64,000 nt of DNA from Lysobacterales bacterium (GTDB taxonomy: Bacteria; Pseudomonadota; Gammaproteobacteria; Xanthomonadales; SZUA-5). The notes under the pieces are model-generated. The model saw only the letters and a program-made list of their open reading frames with translations. It was not told where the DNA came from and made no database searches. This document shows, one piece after another, positions 8,180 to 17,381 of the stretch (positions are counted from its first letter, which is position 1; each line of letters opens with the position of its first letter). The position numbers and the translations under genes were made by a program. The stretch covers positions 29,573-93,572 of the forward strand of contig JALHMH010000017.1 of the NCBI GenBank assembly GCA_022844165.1, read 5' to 3'.

Positions 8180-11077
8180 TCACGCGTGTTCCGCCGCCAC
8201 GCGGTCGCGCCCGGCATGTTTGGCGCGATAGAGCTGGGTGTCGGCTTCACGTATCAGTTCGCGCGGGCTGTGGCGTTTGCGTTCGGCCAGGCCAATGCTC
8301 AGGGTGAGTCGGTGCGCATCTGGTAAGCCGGGGATGCGCAACTGGCGCACGCGAATCATCAGGTCCTGTGCTGCGCTGCGAGCGTCTTCCAGATGGAGGC
8401 CAGGAAATGCCAGGGCGAATTCTTCGCCGCCGTAGCGTGAAACGATACGATGCGGTCCGGCCCACTGTTTGAGCAGGTCGGCCATCGCGACCAGCACCAG
8501 ATCGCCGACGTCGTGTCCGTATTCGTCGTTGATCCGTTTGAAGTGATCCATGTCGGCCAGCGCGATTGTCAATGCCTGATTGGATTCGTATACGTTCAGC
8601 AGCAGCTCCCAATAGCGGCGCCGATTGGGCAAGCCGGTGAGCGGGTCTTCCTGAGCCTGTTTGGCGAAGGCCTCCGACTGTTGGCGCACGGTATCCAACA
8701 ATTCGGTTTTCTCGGTATTCGCTTGGGCCAGGGCCTCATTCTGCCGGCGCAATTCGTCGGTGCGCTGGTCGACTAATGCCGCGAGCTTGCGCGTGCGCGC
8801 GCGCAGCCGGCGCGCACGCCAGCCGGGCACTGCGGCGCCCAGAGCGAGCAGTGCGCCTGCCAGCAGCGCAAAGAACCAGCCCGTTTCGTAGACTCGCGCC
8901 GGCAGCGACATATCGATCGTCGCGGCCGGTTCGGCAAAAACGCCATCGCGTTTCGCCGCAGTCATTTCGAAGCGATACTCGCCCGGCGGCAGGCTGGTAT
9001 ACGCGGCGCGCCGATCGCCGCTTTCGATCCAGTCGTCGTCGAAACCCACGAGGCGATAGCGATAACGCAGGTTCTCTGGCTGATCGAAACTCAAGCCCGC
9101 AAAGCGAAGTTCCAGCCGCTTACTACCCGCCGGGAGTTGCAGAATGTTCGACGCCGAAATGGCATTTGCATCGAGCAACACCTCCTCGATGATGGGCGTG
9201 GGCGCGACTTTCGATTGCAGGCTTTGTGTGGCTCGCGGATCGAACACGGTGACGCCACGGGCCGTAGGAATCCACAAATGGCCATCGACATCGCGCCAGC
9301 CGGCGGGCTGCGAGCCACCGTTGCATTGCGCGCTCGCCATGCCGTCGCTGCGGCCCAGCAGCCGCACCGCGATGGGTCTGGGATCGCCCATCAGTTCGTT
9401 TTGTTTGAGCTGCATGAGGCCAACATTGGAGGTTAGCCAGAAGTGCCCTTCGCCATCGTCGAAAATGCGAAAGATCACGTTGTCGTATAAACCCTGCGCT
9501 TCGCCGAAGGCAACGAACTCATCGCCGCCGAAGCGAATCAGGCCGCGGTCCGTTGCGATCCAAACGGTTCCCAATGCGTCTTCAAAGAAGTCGAAAACGT
9601 CCTCGCCGGGGAATCCGTTGCTCTGTTGCCATGTGGTTACTTCGCCGTTCTCTAAAACAGCCATACCGTTCACCGTGCCCAGGAACAGACGACCGTCGGA
9701 GGTCTCGAACAAAGACAGAACATACGACTCGGGCAATCCCGATTCCTTGTTGTGAACCAGGTCAATTTGGCCATCTCGAATACGCGATGCGCCGCCTGCC
9801 GTGCCGACCCAGATCGCACCATCGCGTGTTTCGAGCAGCGCCCGTACCTGGCCAAACGGCAGGCCGGATTGCTGCGTCCAGCGTGTCAGCTTGTTGCCTT
9901 GCAACTGCATGAGTCCCTGGTCGTAGGTGCCGACCCAGACGCTGCCGTCGCGTGCGGCCAATACGCTCATGACGCTGGTGCCCGGCGCGATGCGCGCATC
10001 AATGGTGATGCGTCCGGACACATGCTGCGCCAGACCTTCGCTGGTACCGATATAGGTTGTGCCATCGCCGCTTTGATGGATGGTTCGCACATAGTCGTCG
10101 TTGATGCCTTCGCGCCGCGTGTAGACGCGGAATGGCGATGCTTTCAGGCGATTCACGCCGGAATTGGTTGCCACCCAGATGCCATCTTCGCGATCTTGAA
10201 AAATGCGCAGCACCCGGTTGTTCGACAGACCCTGATCGGCGTCGATGCGTTCGATGCCTTTTTCATCCAGTCGCAGCACACCATTGCTTTGCGTACCCAG
10301 CCACATGCGTCCCTCGCGATCTTCGAAGATCGCCGACACCACAGCGCTGTCGTATTCATCCAGGGCCACGCGTTCAAAGCGCTTGCCCTTGGTTCGATAA
10401 AGCCCACGATTGGTGCCCACCCAAATTCGCCCGGCACGGTCCTGACCCAGCGCGAACACAATCGACTCCGGCACATCATCGATAGCATACAAGTTGTCGT
10501 CTGCGAGCCGATGCAGTCCTCGCGCAGTGCCGACCCACACCGAGCCCTCGCGATCCTCTGCCAGCGCCAATATCCATGGATGTTTCAGTTCGGCATTTTT
10601 TTCGAACGGGCGCACACGTTCGCCGTCGAAAAAAGCCAGCCCAGCATCCTGCGAACCGATCCAGAGACGACCGTTGCTGTGCCCGAGCAGTGCCAACATT
10701 CGCGGCGAAACGCGGTCGTCAGCCGCCGCGGCCCGCCACTCGCGACCATCGTAGTAGACCAGTCCGGATTGTGCCGTTACCGCAAATAGCAGGTTGTTAT
10801 GCCATGCCAAGGCACGCACACCATCATCTTTGATTGCCGGCGTGTTGCGCTTGTTGTAGGTGTAGAACGCCCGGCCGTTGAAGCGGGCGATGCCGCTCCA
10901 CGTCGACATCCAGACGTACCCCTGCGGGTCCTGCAGAAGGTCGTGAACCGTATTGTGCGGCAGGCCATCGTCGGTAAACCAGGCACGTTTGGCGTATTGG
11001 TCAGAACGTTGCGCGAGTGCAATCGACGCGTGGAGCGCGAGCAACAGCCAAAGGCAATTGATGACGATACGCGACAT
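8180..11077 (-). CDS. Diguanylate cyclase with periplasmic two-component-regulator propeller and Y_Y_Y domains
   Basis: Signal peptide; repeated GL..N.V..I.ED..G.IWVGT..GL blades; YRYRLVGFDDDW and YTSLPPGEYRF; TM helix; DPLTGLPNRR, DMDHFKRIND.YGH..GD, GGEEF. Confidence 0.92.
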   Translation of the reverse strand: MSRIVINCLWLLLALHASIALAQRSDQYAKRAWFTDDGLPHNTVHDLLQDPQGYVWMSTWSGIARFNGRAFYTYNKRNTPAIKDDGVRALAWHNNLLFAVTAQSGLVYYDGREWRAAAADDRVSPRMLALLGHSNGRLWIGSQDAGLAFFDGERVRPFEKNAELKHPWILALAEDREGSVWVGTARGLHRLADDNLYAIDDVPESIVFALGQDRAGRIWVGTNRGLYRTKGKRFERVALDEYDSAVVSAIFEDREGRMWLGTQSNGVLRLDEKGIERIDADQGLSNNRVLRIFQDREDGIWVATNSGVNRLKASPFRVYTRREGINDDYVRTIHQSGDGTTYIGTSEGLAQHVSGRITIDARIAPGTSVMSVLAARDGSVWVGTYDQGLMQLQGNKLTRWTQQSGLPFGQVRALLETRDGAIWVGTAGGASRIRDGQIDLVHNKESGLPESYVLSLFETSDGRLFLGTVNGMAVLENGEVTTWQQSNGFPGEDVFDFFEDALGTVWIATDRGLIRFGGDEFVAFGEAQGLYDNVIFRIFDDGEGHFWLTSNVGLMQLKQNELMGDPRPIAVRLLGRSDGMASAQCNGGSQPAGWRDVDGHLWIPTARGVTVFDPRATQSLQSKVAPTPIIEEVLLDANAISASNILQLPAGSKRLELRFAGLSFDQPENLRYRYRLVGFDDDWIESGDRRAAYTSLPPGEYRFEMTAAKRDGVFAEPAATIDMSLPARVYETGWFFALLAGALLALGAAVPGWRARRLRARTRKLAALVDQRTDELRRQNEALAQANTEKTELLDTVRQQSEAFAKQAQEDPLTGLPNRRRYWELLLNVYESNQALTIALADMDHFKRINDEYGHDVGDLVLVAMADLLKQWAGPHRIVSRYGGEEFALAFPGLHLEDARSAAQDLMIRVRQLRIPGLPDAHRLTLSIGLAERKRHSPRELIREADTQLYRAKHAGRDRVAAEHA

Positions 11078-11188
11078 GCGGTAAAGCATAATCTGATTCG
11101 GGCCATGCGCGTAACCTCGCTTTCGATCCATGCTTTGGCTAGTGTGGCGCTCTATCCGTTGGAATCCGGCAAGGCGGTCGAAAAGACG

Positions 11189-11893
11189 ATGGCGCACCTT
11201 GAACGCGAAGCGCATCCCATCCTGTCGCTACTCGGTCTTTTGGCGATCGGTATCTTGTTGACTGTCTTCGGCGGCACCGTCTGGACTGCGCCGCTGGAAA
11301 TTCTGATCGTGTTTTTTCACGAAGCGGCGCATGCGTTGATGACGCTGCTCACCGGCGGTCGCGTGCTTGAAATGGCGGTGACCATCCATCAGGGTGGGCA
11401 CGTGATATCGGCAGGCGGCAATCGATTCTTGATTTTGACTGCTGGCTATCTGGGGTCTTTGTTGATCGGCGCGGCGCTGCTCGTGGCCGGCATGCGCTCG
11501 AGGCACGACCGTCTGATTTTGCTGTGTCTGGGCGTGCTGGTGGCGCTGATCACGGCGCTGTTCGTGCGCAACATGTTCGGCTTGATCTACGGCCTGATCG
11601 CCGCGAGCCTGATGGTTGGCATCGCTCGCCTTTTGCCTGAAATTGCCAGTGATTACAGCTTGCGTTTGATTGGCGTGATGAGTTTGTTGTATGTGCCGGC
11701 CGATATCTTCAGTGATACGATCGACCGCGCGCACCTGCATTCCGATGCCCGCATGCTGGCCGAAGAGTTCGGTGGCACGACGGTAATGTGGGGTGGACTG
11801 TGGTTGCTGATTTCCCTCGTGATGATCATCCTGGCGCTGGTCGTCGGGCTCAGGCGGCGGCGTTCGCCCGTGCTTTTGCCGCCACACACTTGA
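11189..11893 (+). CDS. M50 family (M50B-like) intramembrane metallopeptidase
   Basis: FFHEAAH, AGYLGS and SDA motifs within TM helices; start taken at ATG 11189. Confidence 0.85.
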   Translation: MAHLEREAHPILSLLGLLAIGILLTVFGGTVWTAPLEILIVFFHEAAHALMTLLTGGRVLEMAVTIHQGGHVISAGGNRFLILTAGYLGSLLIGAALLVAGMRSRHDRLILLCLGVLVALITALFVRNMFGLIYGLIAASLMVGIARLLPEIASDYSLRLIGVMSLLYVPADIFSDTIDRAHLHSDARMLAEEFGGTTVMWGGLWLLISLVMIILALVVGLRRRRSPVLLPPHT

Positions 11894-11942
11894 ACACCTG
11901 GATCAGTCTAAATCGAACTCATTGCCAACCACGGAGGTCATT

Positions 11943-12329
11943 ATGAAGCGCGTCACGGGTATCGGCGGCATCTTCTTCAAAGCGAAAGATCCGAAGTCGA
12001 TGCATGCCTGGTACAAGCGTCATCTCGGCATCGACGTCCAGGAGTGGGGCGGGGCTGCGTTCAGCTGGGTCGACTCGGAGGGCAAGCCGACGCCAGGTAC
12101 GACCATCTGGTCTGTCGGGTCAGTGCAAGGCGATCAGTTTGCGCCGAGCACTGCGCCGTTCATGATTAACTATCGAGTTGCGGATCTGAAGGCGCTGCTC
12201 GCGACACTCCGAGATGAGGGTTGCAACGTGCTGGACAAGTTCGACGATTCGGAATACGGCAAATTTGGCTGGGTCATGGATCCGGAGGGCAACAAGGTCG
12301 AGTTGTGGGAACCGCCGTCTGGGCAGTAG
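11943..12329 (+). CDS. VOC/glyoxalase family protein
   Basis: MKRVTGIGGIFFK...YGKFGWVMDPEGNKVELWEP; GGAGG RBS upstream. Confidence 0.9.
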   Translation: MKRVTGIGGIFFKAKDPKSMHAWYKRHLGIDVQEWGGAAFSWVDSEGKPTPGTTIWSVGSVQGDQFAPSTAPFMINYRVADLKALLATLRDEGCNVLDKFDDSEYGKFGWVMDPEGNKVELWEPPSGQ

Positions 12330-12429
12330 CTCGTCAGCGCATCGGCATCCGCTGCGGCGCAATCGGCTCTGGTTGGTTTTTGAACCCGCACGCAAAAAGC
12401 GCTGCTTGATGCGCGCGGGTCTGATGCGG

Positions 12430-12801
12430 TTAGGGCAGGCCCGCTTCAACGATGCTCTTGAATCCACCCCAGAACATGCGTTTGCCATCCATCGGCATGT
12501 CTTTGGTATCGATCATGCTCGCGATGCGCGGGTCGGCCATGACGGCTTTGTTGATTTTGTCGCGCTGCGCGCGCGATTTGTAGGTGATGAACGCAAATAT
12601 CACGACTTCGTCGTCCTGCAGTTTCACGCTGCGCGGGAACGAAGTGCGCTTCCCATATGGCGCGTCGACGGCCACGGCTTCCAGGTATTCCAGCGCACCG
12701 TATTCGCGCCAGACCTTGCTGGCCAGTTTTGCCAGCTTCTTGTACTCGTCCACTCGATCCTTCTTGACCGGCAGTACGAATCCATCGACGTATCTACTCA
12801 T
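12430..12801 (-). CDS. DUF1428 (YbaA) family protein
   Basis: YVDGFVLPV, WREYGALEY, TSFPRSV, DGKRMFWGGF. Confidence 0.9.
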   Translation of the reverse strand: MSRYVDGFVLPVKKDRVDEYKKLAKLASKVWREYGALEYLEAVAVDAPYGKRTSFPRSVKLQDDEVVIFAFITYKSRAQRDKINKAVMADPRIASMIDTKDMPMDGKRMFWGGFKSIVEAGLP

Positions 12802-12848
12802 GATCTACGCTCCTCCCAGGTCGAACGTGCGCATTGTGCGCACAAAGT

Positions 12849-13802
12849 TTAAACCGTTGGGAAGTTTTCGCGCGAAAACGCGACACGTTCGGCAGCATCA
12901 GTGGCCGGGACGGTAATCTCTTCCACTTTTTTCAGTCGATGCAAGAGGCCGTTGCCATTGGCGATCTGGATCGACAGGCCGGGCCGGGCATTCAACTCCA
13001 GAATGAGCGGTCCTAAGTTCTTGTCGAGCACCAGATCGACGCCCACATATCCCAGCCCGCTCATTTCGCTGGCGCGCGCAGCGATGTTCAGCAGTTCCTC
13101 CCAGCGCGGAATTTGCAGGCCGATGATCGAGTGTTCCGTATCGGGATGCTCTTTGACGGGCTCGTTCCCCCACACGCCGCGGCGTGTGAGTCCGGTGGGG
13201 ATATCGATGCCGACGCCGATCGCACCTTGATGCAGGTTGGCTTTGCCATCGGACAGGCGCGTCGGCAAACGGATCATGGCCATCACCGGATAACCGCGAA
13301 ATACGATGACCCGCACGTCCGGTACCCCTTTGTAGCTGACATGATCGAACACCGGATCGAACTGTACGCAGTACTCGACAAGCACGGCATCAGGCTGTCC
13401 ACCGAGACTAAAAAGACCCGATAGCGTGTTCGACAGATGATGTTCGAAGTCTTCCTGGTCCATCAGATGGCCGTTGCTGCGCCGATACTTCGCACCGCGA
13501 CGGCCGGTGATGACCAAAATGCCGTCGCCGCCCGAACCATGCGCCGGTTTGGCGACGAAACTCTCGCGATCCTTGATCCTGGCGTGCAACTCCTCGATTT
13601 CGTGCTCCTCGCGCACCACCGCATACAATTCGGGAACCGGGAGCCCATGCTCGATGGCCAGTTGTTTGGTCAGCACCTTGTCGTCGACGCGCGGATAGAA
13701 CTTGCGTGGGTTGTAGCGCAATACGTAATCGGCATTGCGCTGATTGATGCCCGACAGCCCGATTTCGCGCAAGCGTTTGGCGATGCGGAAGGGGTTCATC
13801 AT
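12849..13802 (-). CDS. Alpha-L-glutamate ligase-like ATP-grasp protein (RimK-related)
   Basis: GINQRNADY, VDDK, KPAHGSGGDGI, GVPDVRVI, GKANLHQGAIGVG, LELNARPGL. Confidence 0.9.
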   Translation of the reverse strand: MMNPFRIAKRLREIGLSGINQRNADYVLRYNPRKFYPRVDDKVLTKQLAIEHGLPVPELYAVVREEHEIEELHARIKDRESFVAKPAHGSGGDGILVITGRRGAKYRRSNGHLMDQEDFEHHLSNTLSGLFSLGGQPDAVLVEYCVQFDPVFDHVSYKGVPDVRVIVFRGYPVMAMIRLPTRLSDGKANLHQGAIGVGIDIPTGLTRRGVWGNEPVKEHPDTEHSIIGLQIPRWEELLNIAARASEMSGLGYVGVDLVLDKNLGPLILELNARPGLSIQIANGNGLLHRLKKVEEITVPATDAAERVAFSRENFPTV

Positions 13803-15394
13803 GGGTTACCGCCTGTGCCGCCGGGCGGCACCGCGCCCTTGGCCATCGCCGCCTCGCGCTCGCGCGCCAGCGCGCGGAAGCGGAACAGCTCAGTGAGGCG
13901 ATAGCCGGAGTAGCGGCCGAGCAGCAGCGTAATGCCGAGCAATACCAACAGCAGCTCCGGGAACACGAATACCAGATGCTCCAGGGGTGGATAGGTCATC
14001 GCCAGATAAGCAATGCAGGCGACGATCATCGAGCCGATGCCTTCTTTGATCGCAGTGCCGGGACCCCGCTCGTCCCAAGCGATCGACATGCGCTCGATGG
14101 TCATCGTCATAATCACCATCGGAAACAGCGCGATCGATAAGCCCACCGGAATGTCGAGCTGATGGGCCAACACGCTGACCAGGCTCATCAGCAAGATCAC
14201 CAGAATCAACACACTGGTCAGCCGCGGCACCAGCAGCAGTCGCAGTCGCTCCAGGTAAAAGCGTGCCAGCAGACCCAGCGACACCATCAGCGTAAACAGA
14301 ATCACGCCGGACAACAGCTTGGTCTCGCGGAAAGCCAGCGCGATCAGCACCGGCATGAAGGTACCGAAGGTCTTGATGCCAATCAAGTTGCGCAGAATCA
14401 ACATCACGAAGGCGCCGATCGGGACGGTCAGCAGAATGCGATACACGCTCTGCATCTCGACCGGCAAACCCATCAGCGAATACTTGACCAGATTCTCCGA
14501 GCGCACCTCGGTACGGCGCGTGGCGATGGCCACGGCATCGGCGAGGTTGCGCTGCACCGAGAATTCGATTTTTGGCCGACGATCGCTTTCCACGACCAGC
14601 AGGTCGCGCGGGCTTCGCGTCCACAAAAAGAAGTTCTCGGGCAGGCCTTCTTCTGCCGTGTCGATATTGATCGATAACCAGTTGCTGCCGTTGTGGACCT
14701 GCAAAAAAGGTTGCAAAGACTGGAAGGCTTTGGACTCGCCCAGCGACAGGCCGTGCAGCACCCGCGCCGGTATGCCACGGATGGCCAAAGCACGCGCCAT
14801 GAACTGGGCTCGGTCCTCACTGGTGTTAATACCATCGAGTAGGGCCCGCGCCTCGTCGCGCGGATCTTCGGCGATGAACTCGCGGACGAATTCGCGCGTA
14901 AATGTTGCGATATCGGCAGATTGTTCTTTGACATCTTCGAAAATGGTGTCGATCGCTGCCTGTTGCGCTTCCGTGAGCGTTGGTGGTTCGCGCAGCTTGG
15001 GCTCGCCGCTCTCGATCACGTCTGCTGTGTCGCGCACTACATTGGCGCGGTAGTACAAAACTTGACGGCCGCTCGCGCGGCGGATGACCCATTCGACCTG
15101 GCGCCCTTCTGCGCCCTTGGGTTTGGTCATTTGTTCCGAATAACCGCGGGAAATCAGGCGCTCGTCGATCACAGCGAAGCCGGGTGTTTCGCCGGCACCG
15201 CGTGCGGGCAACTGCAAGCGCACCTTGTTCGGCCCGCCGTTGCCCTGGAACTCCAGGCGAGCTTCGATCGACCAGACCTCGACCTCCTCACGCGGGCTCA
15301 ACGGAAATTGCAGCACCTGCCACTTGTACCAGGCCCAGGACAGGCCGATGGCGGAGACCACAAAGGCCAATAAATAGAGCTGGGTTTTTTTCAT
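13799..15394 (-). CDS. Inactive transglutaminase fused to 7TM domain
   Basis: N-terminal TM helix, GIPARVLHGL; C-terminal LRNLIGIKTFGTFMPVLIALAF, LFPMVIMTMTIER, LGRYSGYRLTEL.RF; ATGA-coupled to the ligase gene. Confidence 0.88.
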   Translation of the reverse strand: MKKTQLYLLAFVVSAIGLSWAWYKWQVLQFPLSPREEVEVWSIEARLEFQGNGGPNKVRLQLPARGAGETPGFAVIDERLISRGYSEQMTKPKGAEGRQVEWVIRRASGRQVLYYRANVVRDTADVIESGEPKLREPPTLTEAQQAAIDTIFEDVKEQSADIATFTREFVREFIAEDPRDEARALLDGINTSEDRAQFMARALAIRGIPARVLHGLSLGESKAFQSLQPFLQVHNGSNWLSINIDTAEEGLPENFFLWTRSPRDLLVVESDRRPKIEFSVQRNLADAVAIATRRTEVRSENLVKYSLMGLPVEMQSVYRILLTVPIGAFVMLILRNLIGIKTFGTFMPVLIALAFRETKLLSGVILFTLMVSLGLLARFYLERLRLLLVPRLTSVLILVILLMSLVSVLAHQLDIPVGLSIALFPMVIMTMTIERMSIAWDERGPGTAIKEGIGSMIVACIAYLAMTYPPLEHLVFVFPELLLVLLGITLLLGRYSGYRLTELFRFRALAREREAAMAKGAVPPGGTGGNP

Positions 15395-15496
15395 GGTCCC
15401 TCAAGCACGATGGCACAACACCGCTCCCCGCGGCGGTGGCGGGAGATTAGCAAGGTGAAGGGCTGGGATGAAGGGTTGGTGCAAATTGAGATGATG

Positions 15497-15627
15497 CGGG
15501 GCACGGGGAACGGGGCACGGGGCACGGGGCACGGGTTAGGCGGGGTTCCCTCAGCGCGTTCGCGATCACAAAACCAAGTGCAGGCAGGCCTGGCAAGACA
15601 GGAATTTCCCGTGCCCCGTGCCCCGTT
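15497..15627. repeat. G-rich heptamer (CGGGGCA)n array with an inverted copy
   Basis: About 5.5 units CGGGGCA/CGGGGAA at 15497-15535; inverted arm TTCCCGTGCCCCGTGCCCCGTT at 15606-15627. Confidence 0.85.
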
Positions 15628-16360
15628 AGATGTTCAACCAGCGCCCGCCGTCCACCCGCAGCACCTGGCCCGTCACATAGCCAGCATCGCGCAACAAGAA
15701 ACTGACGGCTTTGGCGATGTCCTCGGGCGAGCCTTGGCGCTTGAGCGCCGTACGTTCCTCGACCATTGCCAGCGTCTCAGCCTTCTCCGGATTGGTCGAC
15801 CAAACGATATTGCCGGGCGCGATTGCATTGACCCGCACCTCGGGGCCAAGCTCTCGCGCCAATCCGTAGGTCATGGCCACCAGCGCCGCTTTGGCCATGC
15901 AGTAAGGAACGTAGCGCGGTAGCGGGCGCTCGGCGTAGATATCGACCAGATTGACGATGGCGCCACGCGCGGCTCGCAACGCTGGTGCCGCCGCCTGCGA
16001 CAGCATCAGCGGTGCCCGGGCGTTGCTGGCCATCAGATCGTCGAATGCGTCATCGTCGATGCTCCCGACCGGCGTTGGGTAAAAGCTGGAAGCATTGTTG
16101 ATCAGCGCATCGAGGCGACCGAAGCGCTCGAGCGTTGCGCCAATCAGGCGCGCTGGCACGGCACGGTCAGTCAGGTCCCCTTGCACGGCAGCCGTGCTGT
16201 TGCTGCGGCGCGTATTCAGGCGATCGGTCAGCTCGCCAATGTCCGGGCCGGCCGTTCGGTAGTGCAGCAGCAGATCGAAGCCATCCTCGAACAAGCGATC
16301 GGCAATGGCTGCGCCGATACGCTTGGCTCCGCCAGTGATCAAGGCAACAGGTCGTGACAT
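15626..16360 (-). CDS. Pteridine reductase (FolM/PTR1-like short-chain dehydrogenase)
   Basis: TGGAKRIG, LINNASSFYPTP, VDI, YCMAK, VNAIAPG, VDGG. Confidence 0.88.
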   Translation of the reverse strand: MSRPVALITGGAKRIGAAIADRLFEDGFDLLLHYRTAGPDIGELTDRLNTRRSNSTAAVQGDLTDRAVPARLIGATLERFGRLDALINNASSFYPTPVGSIDDDAFDDLMASNARAPLMLSQAAAPALRAARGAIVNLVDIYAERPLPRYVPYCMAKAALVAMTYGLARELGPEVRVNAIAPGNIVWSTNPEKAETLAMVEERTALKRQGSPEDIAKAVSFLLRDAGYVTGQVLRVDGGRWLNI

Positions 16361-16436
16361 GGGCGACAACACGAATGAGACGACATCAGCATAAACGCTA
16401 TGCTCCCGGTTCTAACGATGGAACGCGAATCGAGAA

Positions 16437-17381
16437 ATGGCTGCAAAGGCAAATCGCTGGTTGGTCGATATGGCGGAAGACGCGGTTCCGAGCGCATTCG
16501 CGGTCTGGAATCTGGGTCAGCGTGTCGGCCACCATGGTCTGGATTTGCCGATGCCGGCACTGCACGCCAAGACCGAGTCGTGGTTCGGCAGCGGTCGGTT
16601 GCGTGGTGGTCAGCTCGGTGCGGCGCGATTCTGGGGCGACGATGAGCTGATGCTGGCCGAGCTGGTGTTATCGGAACGCGACTTCGGCGGAATCGGTACG
16701 ACAACGCACGAGGGTTTTCGGCGCATCCTCGACTATACGCAAGGCTCGGGTTTCCCTTACGTCGCGCGGATCTGGTCGTACTTCTCGCGCATCAACGAGG
16801 GCGATGGCGATCGCGAACGCTATCGGCAGTTCTGTGTCGGGCGGCAACTGGCGTGGGAGCGCGCTCAATTCGAGGCCGACCCTGCCGCCACGGTGATTGG
16901 TTTGCCCGATCGATCGCAGCAGTTGCGGCTGGTCTGGATGGCCTCGCGTTCGCCAGTGACGATGCTCGACAACCCACGGCAGATGACGCCGCGTCAATAT
17001 CCGCCCGAATACGGGCCCGATCCACCGCGTTTTTCGCGCGGCGCGCTGTTGCGTTCGCCGCGCGGCCAGGCGCTGCTGATCTCCGGCACCGCCAGCGTGG
17101 TGGGACATTCATCTCGCCACCCGGACAAGCTCGGCGAACAGCTGGCCGAAACCAAACGCAACATGGAAAGCCTGCTGGCGATCGGCAACGCCGCCACTGG
17201 CAAAAAATCCAGTTTTGGTGTCGATACCGTGCTGCGTGCGTACGTGCGCGACGAAAGCTATTTCTTTGAGGTCGAAGATTTTTTGCGCGATCAGTTTCCC
17301 GGTGCGCCCTTTGTGGTGCTGCTGGGCGACGTGTGTCGTCGCGAACTCATGTGCGAGATCGAAGGTGTCCATCATTACTGA
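16437..17381 (+). CDS. Chorismatase of the FkbO/Hyg5/XanB2 family
   Basis: RIWSYFSRIN, ERYRQFCVGR, PAATVIG, DNPRQ, YGPDPPRFSR, ISGTASVVGH, DVCRRELMCEIEG. Confidence 0.85.
   Translation: MAAKANRWLVDMAEDAVPSAFAVWNLGQRVGHHGLDLPMPALHAKTESWFGSGRLRGGQLGAARFWGDDELMLAELVLSERDFGGIGTTTHEGFRRILDYTQGSGFPYVARIWSYFSRINEGDGDRERYRQFCVGRQLAWERAQFEADPAATVIGLPDRSQQLRLVWMASRSPVTMLDNPRQMTPRQYPPEYGPDPPRFSRGALLRSPRGQALLISGTASVVGHSSRHPDKLGEQLAETKRNMESLLAIGNAATGKKSSFGVDTVLRAYVRDESYFFEVEDFLRDQFPGAPFVVLLGDVCRRELMCEIEGVHHY

Noticed and set aside
9752-10789. 345-aa antisense ORF
   Set aside because: It lies opposite a well-supported gene, has no motifs, and is expected from GC-rich codon bias.
10799-11215. Apparent long head-to-head overlap between the diguanylate cyclase and M50 peptidase ORFs
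   Set aside because: It disappears with plausible starts (11077 and 11189), which leave a normal divergent spacer.
12374-12420. Imperfect hairpin ACCCGCACGCA...TGCGCGCGGGT between the convergent VOC and DUF1428 genes
   Set aside because: Large loop, a mismatch and no clear U-tract; at most a weak terminator.
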